This document shows, in pieces, positions 41,784-51,077 of a stretch of 64,000 nt of DNA (its first letter is position 1; each line of letters opens with the position of its first letter). A program made the position numbers and the translations under genes. The notes beneath the pieces were generated by a model. It was not told the origin of the DNA. It worked only from the letters and a program-made list of their open reading frames with translations, and did not search any database. Origin of the DNA: an uncultured Acidobacteriaceae bacterium (GTDB lineage Bacteria > Acidobacteriota > Terriglobia > Terriglobales > Acidobacteriaceae); assembly GCA_963826845.1 (NCBI GenBank), contig CAWGYS010000025.1:1606-65605 (forward strand), written 5' to 3'.

Positions 41784-44192
41784 TTAGTGACCCATGCCCT
41801 GCGCCGCCTCGAACTTGTGCTGGCATTCAGCGGCGGCTTGCACAATCTGGCGGAACTCCGGATCTCCGCGCACGCCCGCCAGCAGCGGATCGGACTCCAA
41901 TGCCTCGCGTGCGCAATAATTCCCGGCGACGGCTTGGCTCAAAAACGCGAATGCAATCTCTTTTTCGCCGCAAGCGGCCAGAATCGTGCCCTGGTGATAC
42001 TTCATCTCAGGATTCTGTTTGGCCAATAATTCGTTTTCTGCCTGCACCGCTAGCGGGTGGATATCCGTTGCCGGCGCCTTGGCCAGGCAGGCCTCGACCA
42101 ATCCCCGCATCCACATGGGATTGTCCGTCATCTGGGGCGCGGCTTGCTGCGCTTCCGCCGTCTTATCCTGCCGCATCAGCACGGATACTCGCACCGCATT
42201 CGACCACTCCGACCCCTCATCCTGTTCAAGAAATTTCATGGCGCGCGCCGTCTTTCCGGCCTCCGCAAAGGCAAGCGCGCACGTCCGCCAATTAAAGTTC
42301 GCGTCGATTGCCAGGGCTTTGTCGCACTCGCTCTGAGCCTCATCCAACTTCCCGGCATAGCGCAGCACATACGCCAGAGAAAAATGTGCAAACGCGCTGT
42401 CGGGACGCTTCTGCACCAGCACCCGTGCGTCGTCATAAGCCCGGTCGAGGTTTCCGCCCTCAGCTTCACTGGCCGCCAGCAGCCCCGCCGCGCTGACCCG
42501 TCCCGGTTCCAGCGCTAGGGCCTGCTTGTACGCTGCATTCGAACGCTGATATCCCGCCTCGCCACCGTCCGAGTAAATTGCATCGAAGTAATACCGGCGT
42601 CCCAGCACTTCCCATGCTGGCGCGTAACTCGGATCGAGGCTTACCACCTTCTCCAGGGTCGCAATCGCATCCTTGTTGGATTTGGCCTCGTGCGGGACGG
42701 ACAGCGTTTTCAAATATGCCTCATAGGCATCGCGGTTCGCCGGAGTGCTGCCCGTCTCCACCGGGCTACCCGTGATCCCCAAAGTCGGCACGAGTTCCTG
42801 GCGGACTTTTTTTGCCATCTGGTTCCGCAGGGCGAGCAAATTATCTGCCGGTGCGGTCAGTGCGCCCGTCCAGATCAGCCGATTGTCTTTTACCTCGATC
42901 GCCTCGAGCGTGACCTGCACCGTTTGGTCGTGACGCAGAAAGCGCCCTACCACCACAGTCCCCACGCCCAGTTCGCGTCCCGCTTTCGCTGGATCCACTC
43001 CCGCGGCGTATTTTTGTGTTGACGCCGAGGGCCGGACTTCCAGCGAATGCGCGTAAGTCAATGCGTTCGCAATCTCGTCTGCCAGTGCATAACCCAGGAA
43101 CTGACTCTCCGCGTCATTATTAATGTTCTGCAGCGGCAGCACCGCGATGGTTCGGTCGTCCGCCGTTACCGCCGGCACACGATGCCTGACGACCCATGTC
43201 CCCACCGCCGCCACCACCGTCACGAGCAATGCCGCCAATCCGAGAACGATCCACTTCAGCCTGGCACTCGAGGTCTGGAACGTCCTGGTCGTCGAGCGCA
43301 ATCCCGCGGCGTAAAGCAGCCCGCTATGCGCCGGCTCCGTTCCTTTCTGCAATCGAACCAGATCCGCTTTCATCTCGGTTGCGTTCTTGTAGCGCTGGTC
43401 GCGGTCCTTCTCCATCGCCTTGCCGATGATGGCTTCGAGCTCCGGCGGCACCGACGGGTTGATCGAGCGCGGCGATGCCGGCTTCGAGTTGATCACCGCA
43501 TGCAGCGTAGTCACCACGTTTGTTCCGGTGAACGGCTTCTTGCCCGTCGCCATTTCGAACAGCACCACGCCAAACGAAAATATGTCGCTGCGCACGTCCA
43601 GGTCTTCCGATTGCGCCTGCTCCGGCGACATATATACCGCCGTCCCGGGGATCACCCCTACCTGCGTCAAGGATTCATCCAGCGAAGAGTCCGTGGTCAT
43701 GCCCAGACTGTCGTCCTTGACCAGTTTTGCCAATCCAAAGTCCAGGATTTTCACCTGCCCGTCCGGCGTCAGAAAAATATTTGCCGGCTTGATGTCGCGA
43801 TGCACAATCCCTTTGGCGTGCGAAGCCGCGAGCGCGTCCGCAACCTGCACCGCAATATCGAGCAGGTCTTCAAGGTCGAGGGGCTGGCCATGTATCCGCT
43901 GCTTCAGGCTCTCGCCCTCAAGTTTCTCCATCACGATGAAGGGGTGACCGTCGTTCTCCTCGATATCGTGGATGGTGCAGATGTGCGGGTGGTTGAGCTG
44001 CGATGCGGCGCGAGCCTCGCGCGTGAATCGCTCCAGAGAAACCTTATTCTGCGCGAGGTGGTCGGGAATGAACTTCAGGGCGACATGCCGGCCCAGTCGG
44101 AGGTCTTCCGCCTCATAAACAATTCCCATTCCACCACCGCCAAGTTTTGACAGGACGCGGTAGTGGGAAATAGTTTGGCCGATCATGTCCAT
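41784..44192 (-). CDS. Ser/Thr protein kinase with periplasmic TolB-N-like and TPR domains
   Basis: Intact ORF. Kinase motifs are GGGGMGIVYEA, ALKFIP, HRDIKPANIFL, DFGLAK and GTAVYMSPEQ. A TM segment (WIVLGLAALLVTVVAAVGTWVV) follows. Next come IAVLPLQNINNDAESQFLGYALADEI and C-terminal TPR-like helices. The start is set at MDMIGQ (44192). The track ORF extends to 44285. Confidence 0.85.
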   Translation of the reverse strand: MDMIGQTISHYRVLSKLGGGGMGIVYEAEDLRLGRHVALKFIPDHLAQNKVSLERFTREARAASQLNHPHICTIHDIEENDGHPFIVMEKLEGESLKQRIHGQPLDLEDLLDIAVQVADALAASHAKGIVHRDIKPANIFLTPDGQVKILDFGLAKLVKDDSLGMTTDSSLDESLTQVGVIPGTAVYMSPEQAQSEDLDVRSDIFSFGVVLFEMATGKKPFTGTNVVTTLHAVINSKPASPRSINPSVPPELEAIIGKAMEKDRDQRYKNATEMKADLVRLQKGTEPAHSGLLYAAGLRSTTRTFQTSSARLKWIVLGLAALLVTVVAAVGTWVVRHRVPAVTADDRTIAVLPLQNINNDAESQFLGYALADEIANALTYAHSLEVRPSASTQKYAAGVDPAKAGRELGVGTVVVGRFLRHDQTVQVTLEAIEVKDNRLIWTGALTAPADNLLALRNQMAKKVRQELVPTLGITGSPVETGSTPANRDAYEAYLKTLSVPHEAKSNKDAIATLEKVVSLDPSYAPAWEVLGRRYYFDAIYSDGGEAGYQRSNAAYKQALALEPGRVSAAGLLAASEAEGGNLDRAYDDARVLVQKRPDSAFAHFSLAYVLRYAGKLDEAQSECDKALAIDANFNWRTCALAFAEAGKTARAMKFLEQDEGSEWSNAVRVSVLMRQDKTAEAQQAAPQMTDNPMWMRGLVEACLAKAPATDIHPLAVQAENELLAKQNPEMKYHQGTILAACGEKEIAFAFLSQAVAGNYCAREALESDPLLAGVRGDPEFRQIVQAAAECQHKFEAAQGMGH

Positions 44193-44309
44193 GTTTATCT
44201 GGGGGGGCGGAGATTCTTGTCCGCCTCCGTCGACTTTGATTCTAAACGCTGCGCCGGATGTTGGGCAGCGCTCGCGAAGGCGCAATGGTAGGCTGTCGTG
44301 CCGGTCGGG

Positions 44310-44954
44310 TCAACCGAGTACCTTGGGAAGGTTCCAGTGCCTCCAAACGCTGACGATGCGCAGCACAAAGCAGACAACGCCGCCCAATACCGCCGACCAT
44401 GTGGAAGAGAGTTTCAGCTTGCGACCTACGATCATTACTACCGCTCCGGCCATGGCGGCGGTGGCATAGATATCGGAGCGGAGGACTAAAGGCACACGCG
44501 CCAGGAAAATATCGCGGACAGTCCCGCCACCGACGGCTGTGACTGTGCCCAGCAAAACAGCGATGAAAGGGTTCATTTTATACAGCAGGGCTTTTTCGGT
44601 TCCAGCGACGGCGAACAGTGCCAGGCCGACAGCATCCAAAACCAGGATTACTTCGCCTGGGATTCCCTGAACGAATCGATACATGAAGAATACGATCGCG
44701 GCGCCCGTGAACGCCATTGCGGAGTATCGCCAATCACGCAGCGAACTAGGCGGGACGGCGCCGATCAGGAGGTCGCGAAAGATTCCTCCTGCTAACGCCG
44801 TGGAAAACGCCAGCACCATGAGCCCGAGGAGGTCGAGATCGCCATTGATCGCCGCCAGCGCACCCTCGATGCCAAAGAGGAGCGTTCCGGCCATATCGGC
44901 CGCGAATAATAGCGTGTTCGATGGGCGCTGCAAAGTTGAAGCTTCTGTTCGCAT
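44310..44954 (-). CDS. UPF0126 (YadS/TRIC-like) membrane protein
   Basis: It has two UPF0126 repeats. The first is DMAGTLLFGIEGALAAI...ALAGGIFRDLLIG. The second is LDAVGLALFAVAGTEKAL...TAVGGGTVRDIFL. The start is set at M59 of the track ORF (MRTEASTLQRP). Confidence 0.75.
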   Translation of the reverse strand: MRTEASTLQRPSNTLLFAADMAGTLLFGIEGALAAINGDLDLLGLMVLAFSTALAGGIFRDLLIGAVPPSSLRDWRYSAMAFTGAAIVFFMYRFVQGIPGEVILVLDAVGLALFAVAGTEKALLYKMNPFIAVLLGTVTAVGGGTVRDIFLARVPLVLRSDIYATAAMAGAVVMIVGRKLKLSSTWSAVLGGVVCFVLRIVSVWRHWNLPKVLG

Positions 44955-45004
44955 TTTCAGCCAGGAAATGAAATTAAAGTGACAGCCGGAGAAATCGCGA
45001 TCGT

Positions 45005-46192
45005 CTAAACACTCACCAGAGCCGCTGACGATCCCACCCACGCCATATTCTTGTTGTGATCCACGCCCATCATCAGTCCGCGGCCCATGCGCACGATCGT
45101 GAGCACCGGCAGCAGTTCGTCGAGCCACACATACATGATCCGCAATTCAACTTTAGTGAGCCCGTAAGGAGTCTCCACCACCGGCGTGAAGTTCAGACGC
45201 TCCTGCAAAATATATTCGCTACGCTTCGCCGCGGGAATCGCGTCGATGTCGGCGCGCGACGGCGCAATCACCACGCCCAGTCCGGCAAAAGAATAAAGCG
45301 GCTTGAGCACAAAATTCTCCAGATCAGCAGGCACTTCCGTCAGCTGATCCAGAAACCAGGTCCGCGGCACTGACGGATGCTTCAAATACGGAATCGAATA
45401 TTTACTGATCCGAAAATACCAGTTCGGATGCCCCGCCCACTCCACGTCCAGATCATCCCGCAAATCAAATGGCAGCTTGATTCCCTTGCGTTCCAGCTCA
45501 TCGACGATGGTGCGGTTATAAATTCGCTCAATCGGAACCCGCTTGCCGCCGTCATCATAAAAAAGCCGTCGCCCGTCTTTCTGAATCTTCGTGATGCACA
45601 CCGTCCGAATTCCAAGCAACTTCTCGGTCAGGAGAAAATCTGGACGCGTCTTCTGCTCTTCCGGGTGCACCTCCATCAATACGACATGCGCCGGATCATG
45701 TCCGGCAACAATCGCATCCTGCAGCACCCGCTTGTAAGAAGCCGAGTCCAGCCCGCTCAAGAAATAGCGAAGCGCCCGGTCGAGTCCAAAGACATCGATA
45801 TAAGCCTGTGCCAGAACCGGCTGGTAAGCGTAGAGGGAAGGGAAGGCCTGCAACTCAACCAACTTCGGCTGCAGTTCGCCCGTCGCATCCCGCACCAATC
45901 CAAAGTCCACCTGAATAAACATCGGATGCGGCGATTCATTCGGTACGCGAAACTCGGCCGGAATCGAAGCCTCTGAGCGCGCCCGATATTCGGGATTCTC
46001 CACTAACTGCTGGATCAGCGCTTTCCCATCCTCGCCCATGCGTTCGACCAGCGCATCAGGAAAGAAGCAAGGCGTCTCACAAAGTGCGAACGGAACTTCC
46101 ATCCCACAGCGCGCGGTCATCTCGCGCCGCAAGCGCTCGTATTTCTCAGAAGTGAATCGCGAGTTGAAGTCGTGGCGATAGGAGGGAATCAT
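45005..46192 (-). CDS. Conserved hypothetical, possibly a circularly permuted ATP-grasp-like amidoligase
   Basis: Intact 395 aa. The stretch FIQVDFGLVRDATGELQPKLVELQAFPSLYAY resembles the D-x-VRD-x-G...E-x-N/Q-x-x-PS..Y block of permuted ATP-grasp and glutathionylspermidine-synthase-type enzymes. Later come FVLKPLYSFAGLGVVI and RMGRGLMMGVDHN. The fold assignment is an inference from these motifs only. Confidence 0.45.
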   Translation of the reverse strand: MIPSYRHDFNSRFTSEKYERLRREMTARCGMEVPFALCETPCFFPDALVERMGEDGKALIQQLVENPEYRARSEASIPAEFRVPNESPHPMFIQVDFGLVRDATGELQPKLVELQAFPSLYAYQPVLAQAYIDVFGLDRALRYFLSGLDSASYKRVLQDAIVAGHDPAHVVLMEVHPEEQKTRPDFLLTEKLLGIRTVCITKIQKDGRRLFYDDGGKRVPIERIYNRTIVDELERKGIKLPFDLRDDLDVEWAGHPNWYFRISKYSIPYLKHPSVPRTWFLDQLTEVPADLENFVLKPLYSFAGLGVVIAPSRADIDAIPAAKRSEYILQERLNFTPVVETPYGLTKVELRIMYVWLDELLPVLTIVRMGRGLMMGVDHNKNMAWVGSSAALVSV

Positions 46193-46201
46193 TTGAGGCT
46201 C

Positions 46202-46789
46202 TTATTGGCAGTCACTAGGTTGGAGAGGAGAGTACATCCATGGCCAATAGTTCAACAACTCCGCCGCTTGTAGATCGAATTCCGGATTGTAGCGATGGAC
46301 GTGCGGGTCAGGTAAGCGGACTTCATCCATCTCGTCGAGACCGTTCTCATTTAAAACTGATCCGAAGGAATCGAGCGGGCCATATGCAAACAGGATCTGG
46401 TGACGATCGTAAACCAAGAGAAAAGACCTATCCGGCGCACCAATCCATAGATCATGGCGAGCGTCGCCTTCGAGAAAATCCCTAAATTTTCCAAGGAATT
46501 GGGTCAAATCATCACACGAAACAGGTTCGGGGCTTTGATATCTGCCCGCTGCCGCGTCGCTGCGAGGTGTATGCAGGACGTAGAGCAGAAAATGAGGTTC
46601 CGGCATCACAGCGGCAAGCTTCAATAGGACGTCGACTTGGCCAAAGGAAGGGGCAATGACGAGACGACTCGGGCCGGATGTCTTTTCCCGCGCCCAAATG
46701 TTTTTATGCCGGTACGGAAGTTCAGCTCCCGCTTCGTCGATGTACCCGAATTTGAAGAGGGCGGCCAAGATGCTAGAGAAGGGGCGCAC
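46202..46789 (-). CDS. Hypothetical protein (no recognisable motif)
   Basis: Intact 195 aa with a GTG start. It is packed 9 nt upstream of the next gene in the cluster. Confidence 0.5.
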   Translation of the reverse strand: MRPFSSILAALFKFGYIDEAGAELPYRHKNIWAREKTSGPSRLVIAPSFGQVDVLLKLAAVMPEPHFLLYVLHTPRSDAAAGRYQSPEPVSCDDLTQFLGKFRDFLEGDARHDLWIGAPDRSFLLVYDRHQILFAYGPLDSFGSVLNENGLDEMDEVRLPDPHVHRYNPEFDLQAAELLNYWPWMYSPLQPSDCQ

Positions 46790-46865
46790 CGAATCGTTCG
46801 TCCGCTGCTGTCCAATACGAGTTTAGCTTTTCTCGGCGCACTCCGCGTCTCGGCGGTGAAAAGCC

Positions 46866-47924
46866 CTACGCCTCAATCAGAAACTTCCCGTCGCGCATAA
46901 TCTGCTCGCCATCGACCCAGATGTCGAAATTCCGTCCCACGACATCAATGTGGGTCGACGAATACCACTCCGCTCCGGTGTGCGCGCCATAGGGATTTCC
47001 AAACGCAATATGCACGCCCGGGTACTTCTCGTCCTGCAATATCTGCCCGATCACGTCCTTCAATTCGATGTTTGTCCCGATGGCGAATTCGCCCACGCGG
47101 TTGCTGTTTTCATCGGTATGCGTGTAGGCCCAGAAATCGTCTTTCAATTCCTTGTTCGCCGAGTGCGCCTCGATCACGCGATTGCCCTTTACGTTGACAG
47201 TCAACGGATGCGCCTTCAAATCGCCAAACTTCGCGCACAAATAGTCGCCGACGACGCCGTCAATCACAAACGTGCCGTTCACCTCGCCCGGCGCTGTGAA
47301 CACTTCGCCGCCCGGAAGGTTCCCCCACTTTTCGGTGGTGATCATGCCGCTCGTCTTCACCCATCGGTAATTAGGATTCAAATCCGCCACCAGGTCGGTC
47401 CCGGACGGTGTCTTCGCTCGAATCTGTTTTGCTTTAAGAACCGTCTCCAGAACCTTGGCGCTGAGACGATCGACTTTCAGGAAGTCCGCGCGCATGCCTT
47501 CCATCATGATCTGCTTATTGATGTTGACCATGTGGGCGTGCCGGATTTTGTGCCGGTTGACCACGTCCGTCATCTGCATGCGCGACTTCAGTTCGTTGGC
47601 TTGCGCTTGCACCGCAAAGATGCTGACCTGGCTCGTTTCCAGATCCTCGGCGATCGCCAGCGGAAAGTCCGTCAACGGACGAGTCGCCACATCCTCCAGC
47701 ACCCACGTTTGATACCGGCAGCCGACTGCTTCCAGTTCGTGCACGATCGCAGCCGCGATCTCCAGAGTCACTTCATCGGTGATGACCGTGATTTTTTCCG
47801 AAGGGTGCACATGCAGGCAAACGCGCACCGCATTTCGCGCACCCGCCGTCAGTTCCGGATCAAATGCCAGCTTGTTCAGTTGTCGGTTGGATTGTTCTGC
47901 AGTATTCAAAGAAGTATTCATCAA
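46866..47924 (-). CDS. M29-family aminopeptidase (AmpS/PepS/aminopeptidase T-like)
   Basis: Intact 352 aa. Motifs are GNLPGGEVFTAP, GTFVIDGVVGD, RVGEFAIGTN, QILQDEKYPGVHIAFG and STHIDVV. Confidence 0.8.
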   Translation of the reverse strand: MMNTSLNTAEQSNRQLNKLAFDPELTAGARNAVRVCLHVHPSEKITVITDEVTLEIAAAIVHELEAVGCRYQTWVLEDVATRPLTDFPLAIAEDLETSQVSIFAVQAQANELKSRMQMTDVVNRHKIRHAHMVNINKQIMMEGMRADFLKVDRLSAKVLETVLKAKQIRAKTPSGTDLVADLNPNYRWVKTSGMITTEKWGNLPGGEVFTAPGEVNGTFVIDGVVGDYLCAKFGDLKAHPLTVNVKGNRVIEAHSANKELKDDFWAYTHTDENSNRVGEFAIGTNIELKDVIGQILQDEKYPGVHIAFGNPYGAHTGAEWYSSTHIDVVGRNFDIWVDGEQIMRDGKFLIEA

Positions 47925-47929
47925 ACTTA

Positions 47930-49069
47930 TTAGACGGCCCGTGCGGTGGGCAAACTATCCACCTCGTCCACGCCCACCTCAGTCTCCTCAATGATGTAGT
48001 CCACCACGGCTTTCATGTCGCCGGTCCTGCGATATACGTCCAGCTGCCGGTCAGCGCCCGTGCCCATCTTCATAATCTCACGGATGTACTCCACTTCCTG
48101 CCGGCTACCAAGTTCGTCCACCACGTCATCGACGAACTCCAGATATTCTTCGATCAGGTCGCGTTCCGAAACCTCGGTCTGCTTGCCGAAGTCGATCAGC
48201 TTCCCGTTGATCCCATAGCGCGCCGCCCGCCACTTGTTCTCCATCAGCAGCGACTTTCGGTACAGCCGGAATCCCTGGTTCTGAGTGTAGAGCTTGTAGA
48301 GCTTCGCCACCGTTGCCTGGATCAGCGCTGCCAGCGCGATCGTCTCGTCCAACCGCATCGGCAGATCGCAGACCCGGAACTCCAGTGTATTAAAGAATGG
48401 ATGCGGCCGGATGTCCCACCAGATTTTCTTCGCGTTATCGATCGAGTTCGTCTTAACCAGCAACTTGACGTAATTTTCGTACTCGCCCCAGCTGGGGAAA
48501 TAATCCGGCAGGTTGGTTCGCGGAAATTTGTCGAACACCTTGCAGCGATAAGATTTCAGCCCCGTATCCATGCCCAGCCAGAATGGCGAATTCGATGAAA
48601 GCGCCAGCAGGTGCGGCACAAAATAGCGCGCATGATTCATCATCTGGATCAGGAGCTCGCGATCCTCGATGCCGACGTGCACGTGTAGACCAAAAATCAG
48701 GTTTGCCCGCGCCACGAGCTGCATATCCTGCACAATATTCTTGTAACGCTCGCCCGGCGTCACTTCCTGCACCCGCCAATCCGCGAACGGATGGGTCGCC
48801 GCGGAAGCCAGCCGCAGACCATTTTCTCGCGACAGGCGGATCATGTGCCAGCGCAGCTTCTTCAGTTCTTCGCGGGCTTCTTTGATATTGGCGCAAACCG
48901 AAGTCCCCACCTCAACCACCGATTGGTGCATCTCGGTCTTGACCCGTTCCTGCAGGATCAATTTGCCCTTCTCGATGATCTCGGCATGAATATGCGACCG
49001 CAGATCCCGAGTTTCAGGATCGACGGTCTGATATTCTTCTTCGATTCCGAGCGTGAATGTAGGCTTCAT
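47930..49069 (-). CDS. Carboxylate-amine ligase, glutamate-cysteine ligase family 2 (YbdK/GCS2-like)
   Basis: MKPTFTLGIEEEYQTVD..., EMHQSVVEVGT, GLHVHVG, LLALSSNSPFW.G.DTGLKSYR and WWDIRPHPFFNTLEFRVCD. ATG 49069 is preferred. The track ORF starts at GTG 49180 with a low-complexity 37-aa extension. Confidence 0.85.
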   Translation of the reverse strand: MKPTFTLGIEEEYQTVDPETRDLRSHIHAEIIEKGKLILQERVKTEMHQSVVEVGTSVCANIKEAREELKKLRWHMIRLSRENGLRLASAATHPFADWRVQEVTPGERYKNIVQDMQLVARANLIFGLHVHVGIEDRELLIQMMNHARYFVPHLLALSSNSPFWLGMDTGLKSYRCKVFDKFPRTNLPDYFPSWGEYENYVKLLVKTNSIDNAKKIWWDIRPHPFFNTLEFRVCDLPMRLDETIALAALIQATVAKLYKLYTQNQGFRLYRKSLLMENKWRAARYGINGKLIDFGKQTEVSERDLIEEYLEFVDDVVDELGSRQEVEYIREIMKMGTGADRQLDVYRRTGDMKAVVDYIIEETEVGVDEVDSLPTARAV

Positions 49070-49187
49070 CGCGGCATCCAGAGCTGCCAGGCGGGACACG
49101 CTGGCAGAAGCCCTTCTAGTATAGCAATGAGAAGCCTGTGTGGGGACAGGCTTTGCGCCGTCCGGGCGGGGGTCCGCCACCGCAAGC

Positions 49188-50171
49188 CTATGCCTTCTTC
49201 CTCACCTTTGGAGCGCGGCTCTCCACTAACGTCGGCCCATTCAGAAATGCTGCCCAGCGCAATTCCTCGACTGGATTTACTCCGTCGAGCGCCTTCTTCA
49301 CCGCCATCTCTGCCACCGCGTCCACAATCCACTCGAAATTGTGTTGCCCGACCGATGTAACCTCTGCATCCGGAGCCGGATTCATGAAGTCGATCGCATA
49401 GGGCACGCCGCCCTCCACCGCAAACTCCACCGTATTCAGGTCGTAGCCCAGAGCGCGGCATAAGGCCAGCGCATCCTTCTCAATCCGTTCCTTCAACGCG
49501 GTTCCGGGCTGCGGGTTGCCCTTCACATAGCGCTCGTGATGTGGAGCCTTCGGGTCGTACTTCATGATGTGCACTTTCTCTTGCCCCACCACGTAGCAGC
49601 GGTAATAATCCTCAAACTCGACGCCATGCTGCAGCGTCATGCAGAGATCGCCCGTCCGGTTGTAGTTATGAAAAAATTCCTCCGGCGAATCCACCTTATA
49701 TACGTGCTTCCAACCGCCGCCCGAATACGGTTTCAAGAACGCCGGAAACCCGACATAGGCAAACAACTCTTCCCAGTTCAGCGGATACATCAAGTTCCGC
49801 ATCGACTGATCGGTGGTATCCGGCGGATGCTCGTGATGGGGCAAAATCACCGTAGGCGGAATCGCTACGCCCATTTTGTGTGCCAGTGCGTAATTGAAAA
49901 ACTTGTCATCTGCCGTCCACCAGAACGGATTGTTAATCACAATCGTCCCCTGCAGCATCGCGTTCTTCAAGTACGCCCGGTAAAAAGGAATGTCCTGCGA
50001 AATCCGGTCGATGATGACGGCGTACTTCTTGGGCTCATCCATACGGATGCCGCCAATCTTCACGAACTCGGCCGTGACGCCCTCGGTCTTCATCGAATTA
50101 ATCTTCTCGACCAATGCTGGCGGGAAGGTGTTCTCCATCCCGAAAAGAATCCCGATTTTCTTGTTTGCCAT
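49188..50171 (-). CDS. ATP-grasp domain ligase (RimK/GshB-like fold; unassigned subfamily)
   Basis: Intact 327 aa. Motifs are DKFFNYALAHKMGVAIPPTV, GFPAFLKPYSGGGWKHVYKVDSPEEF, YYRCYVVGQEKVHIMKYDP and NTVEFAVEGGVPYAIDFMNPAPDA. The layout matches an ATP-grasp P-loop, a central beta-sheet and a Mg-binding E/N block. Confidence 0.7.
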   Translation of the reverse strand: MANKKIGILFGMENTFPPALVEKINSMKTEGVTAEFVKIGGIRMDEPKKYAVIIDRISQDIPFYRAYLKNAMLQGTIVINNPFWWTADDKFFNYALAHKMGVAIPPTVILPHHEHPPDTTDQSMRNLMYPLNWEELFAYVGFPAFLKPYSGGGWKHVYKVDSPEEFFHNYNRTGDLCMTLQHGVEFEDYYRCYVVGQEKVHIMKYDPKAPHHERYVKGNPQPGTALKERIEKDALALCRALGYDLNTVEFAVEGGVPYAIDFMNPAPDAEVTSVGQHNFEWIVDAVAEMAVKKALDGVNPVEELRWAAFLNGPTLVESRAPKVRKKA

Positions 50172-50226
50172 AATTCAAATCCTTTTCTAAATCTTGCTAG
50201 TGGAGCACGGCGTCCCCGTCACCGCC

Positions 50227-50937
50227 CTAAAAATATTTCGCCGCCATCCGCTGCCACAGCGGCCAATCATGCTTGCTGTTGTCCCCGTAAATATCCAGCC
50301 AATGCGGAATTGCCTTCGCGTGCAGAATCGCCGACATCTTCACATTGGCGTCCAGGCACATGTCCCAATCCGATGTTCCCAGCACAATTTTCATCTGCCG
50401 GATGCGGCTGAGAAACCAATCGTCGCTCATGTTCGGCAAATAGTCCGTGGGACTGTTGAAGTAGACATTGTCGTCGTAGTAGCCGTCGAGGAAGCTCTTG
50501 ATCTCGAACGATCCGCTCATGGTTACGCAAGCCGAAACCACGTCAGGATGGCGCATGGAAAAATTCAGCGCGTGATAGCCGCCAAAGCTGCATCCCGTCA
50601 CCGCGATCTGTGGAGCCCAGTTCTTCCACTTCAAGTAACCCATAAATTCGTTGATCACGTAACGCTCATACTGCACATGCCGCCAGATGCGCGCTCCCGG
50701 ATGGACGCTCTTGTTGTACCAGCTCTCGCCGTCCACGCCATCCACGCAGAACACCTGAATAGACCCCGCTTCCAGTTTCCCCGCCAGCGCGCGGATCATC
50801 CCTGCGTCTTCGTACTCGAAATACCGTCCCATAGATGTAGGAAAAACGAGGATCGGTCGTCCGGCGTGTCCGAACACCAGCGACTCCATGTCGCGCCCTA
50901 ATTCCTGGCTGTATTCTTTGCGATATTCGCGATTCAT
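50227..50937 (-). CDS. Alpha/beta-hydrolase esterase (putative-esterase / esterase-D-like family)
   Basis: MNREYRKEYSQELGRDMESLVFGHAGRPILVFPTS..., the nucleophile elbow VTGCSFGGYHAL, and a late His in KHDWPLW. ATG 50937 is preferred over the track start GTG 50976. Confidence 0.75.
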   Translation of the reverse strand: MNREYRKEYSQELGRDMESLVFGHAGRPILVFPTSMGRYFEYEDAGMIRALAGKLEAGSIQVFCVDGVDGESWYNKSVHPGARIWRHVQYERYVINEFMGYLKWKNWAPQIAVTGCSFGGYHALNFSMRHPDVVSACVTMSGSFEIKSFLDGYYDDNVYFNSPTDYLPNMSDDWFLSRIRQMKIVLGTSDWDMCLDANVKMSAILHAKAIPHWLDIYGDNSKHDWPLWQRMAAKYF

Positions 50938-51077
50938 GTGCGCGAGGATTGTAACCGATTGGCACGTCTTCGGCACCCGTTCGGAAAGGCACTTCTCGGC
51001 CGCAGGGCTTAGCCAAGCGAAGCAGTGCGTTTAACATTCGGCCCGAAGGACCACTTAGAATGTGTTGCGAGAATACT

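Noticed and set aside
51001-51016. Sigma54 promoter on the cluster strand upstream of the esterase gene (TGGCTAAGCCCTGC).
   Set aside because: The GG-to-GC spacing is one base short of the invariant sigma54 geometry, and this block shows no other evidence of indel errors. It is kept only as a note under the sigma54 finding.
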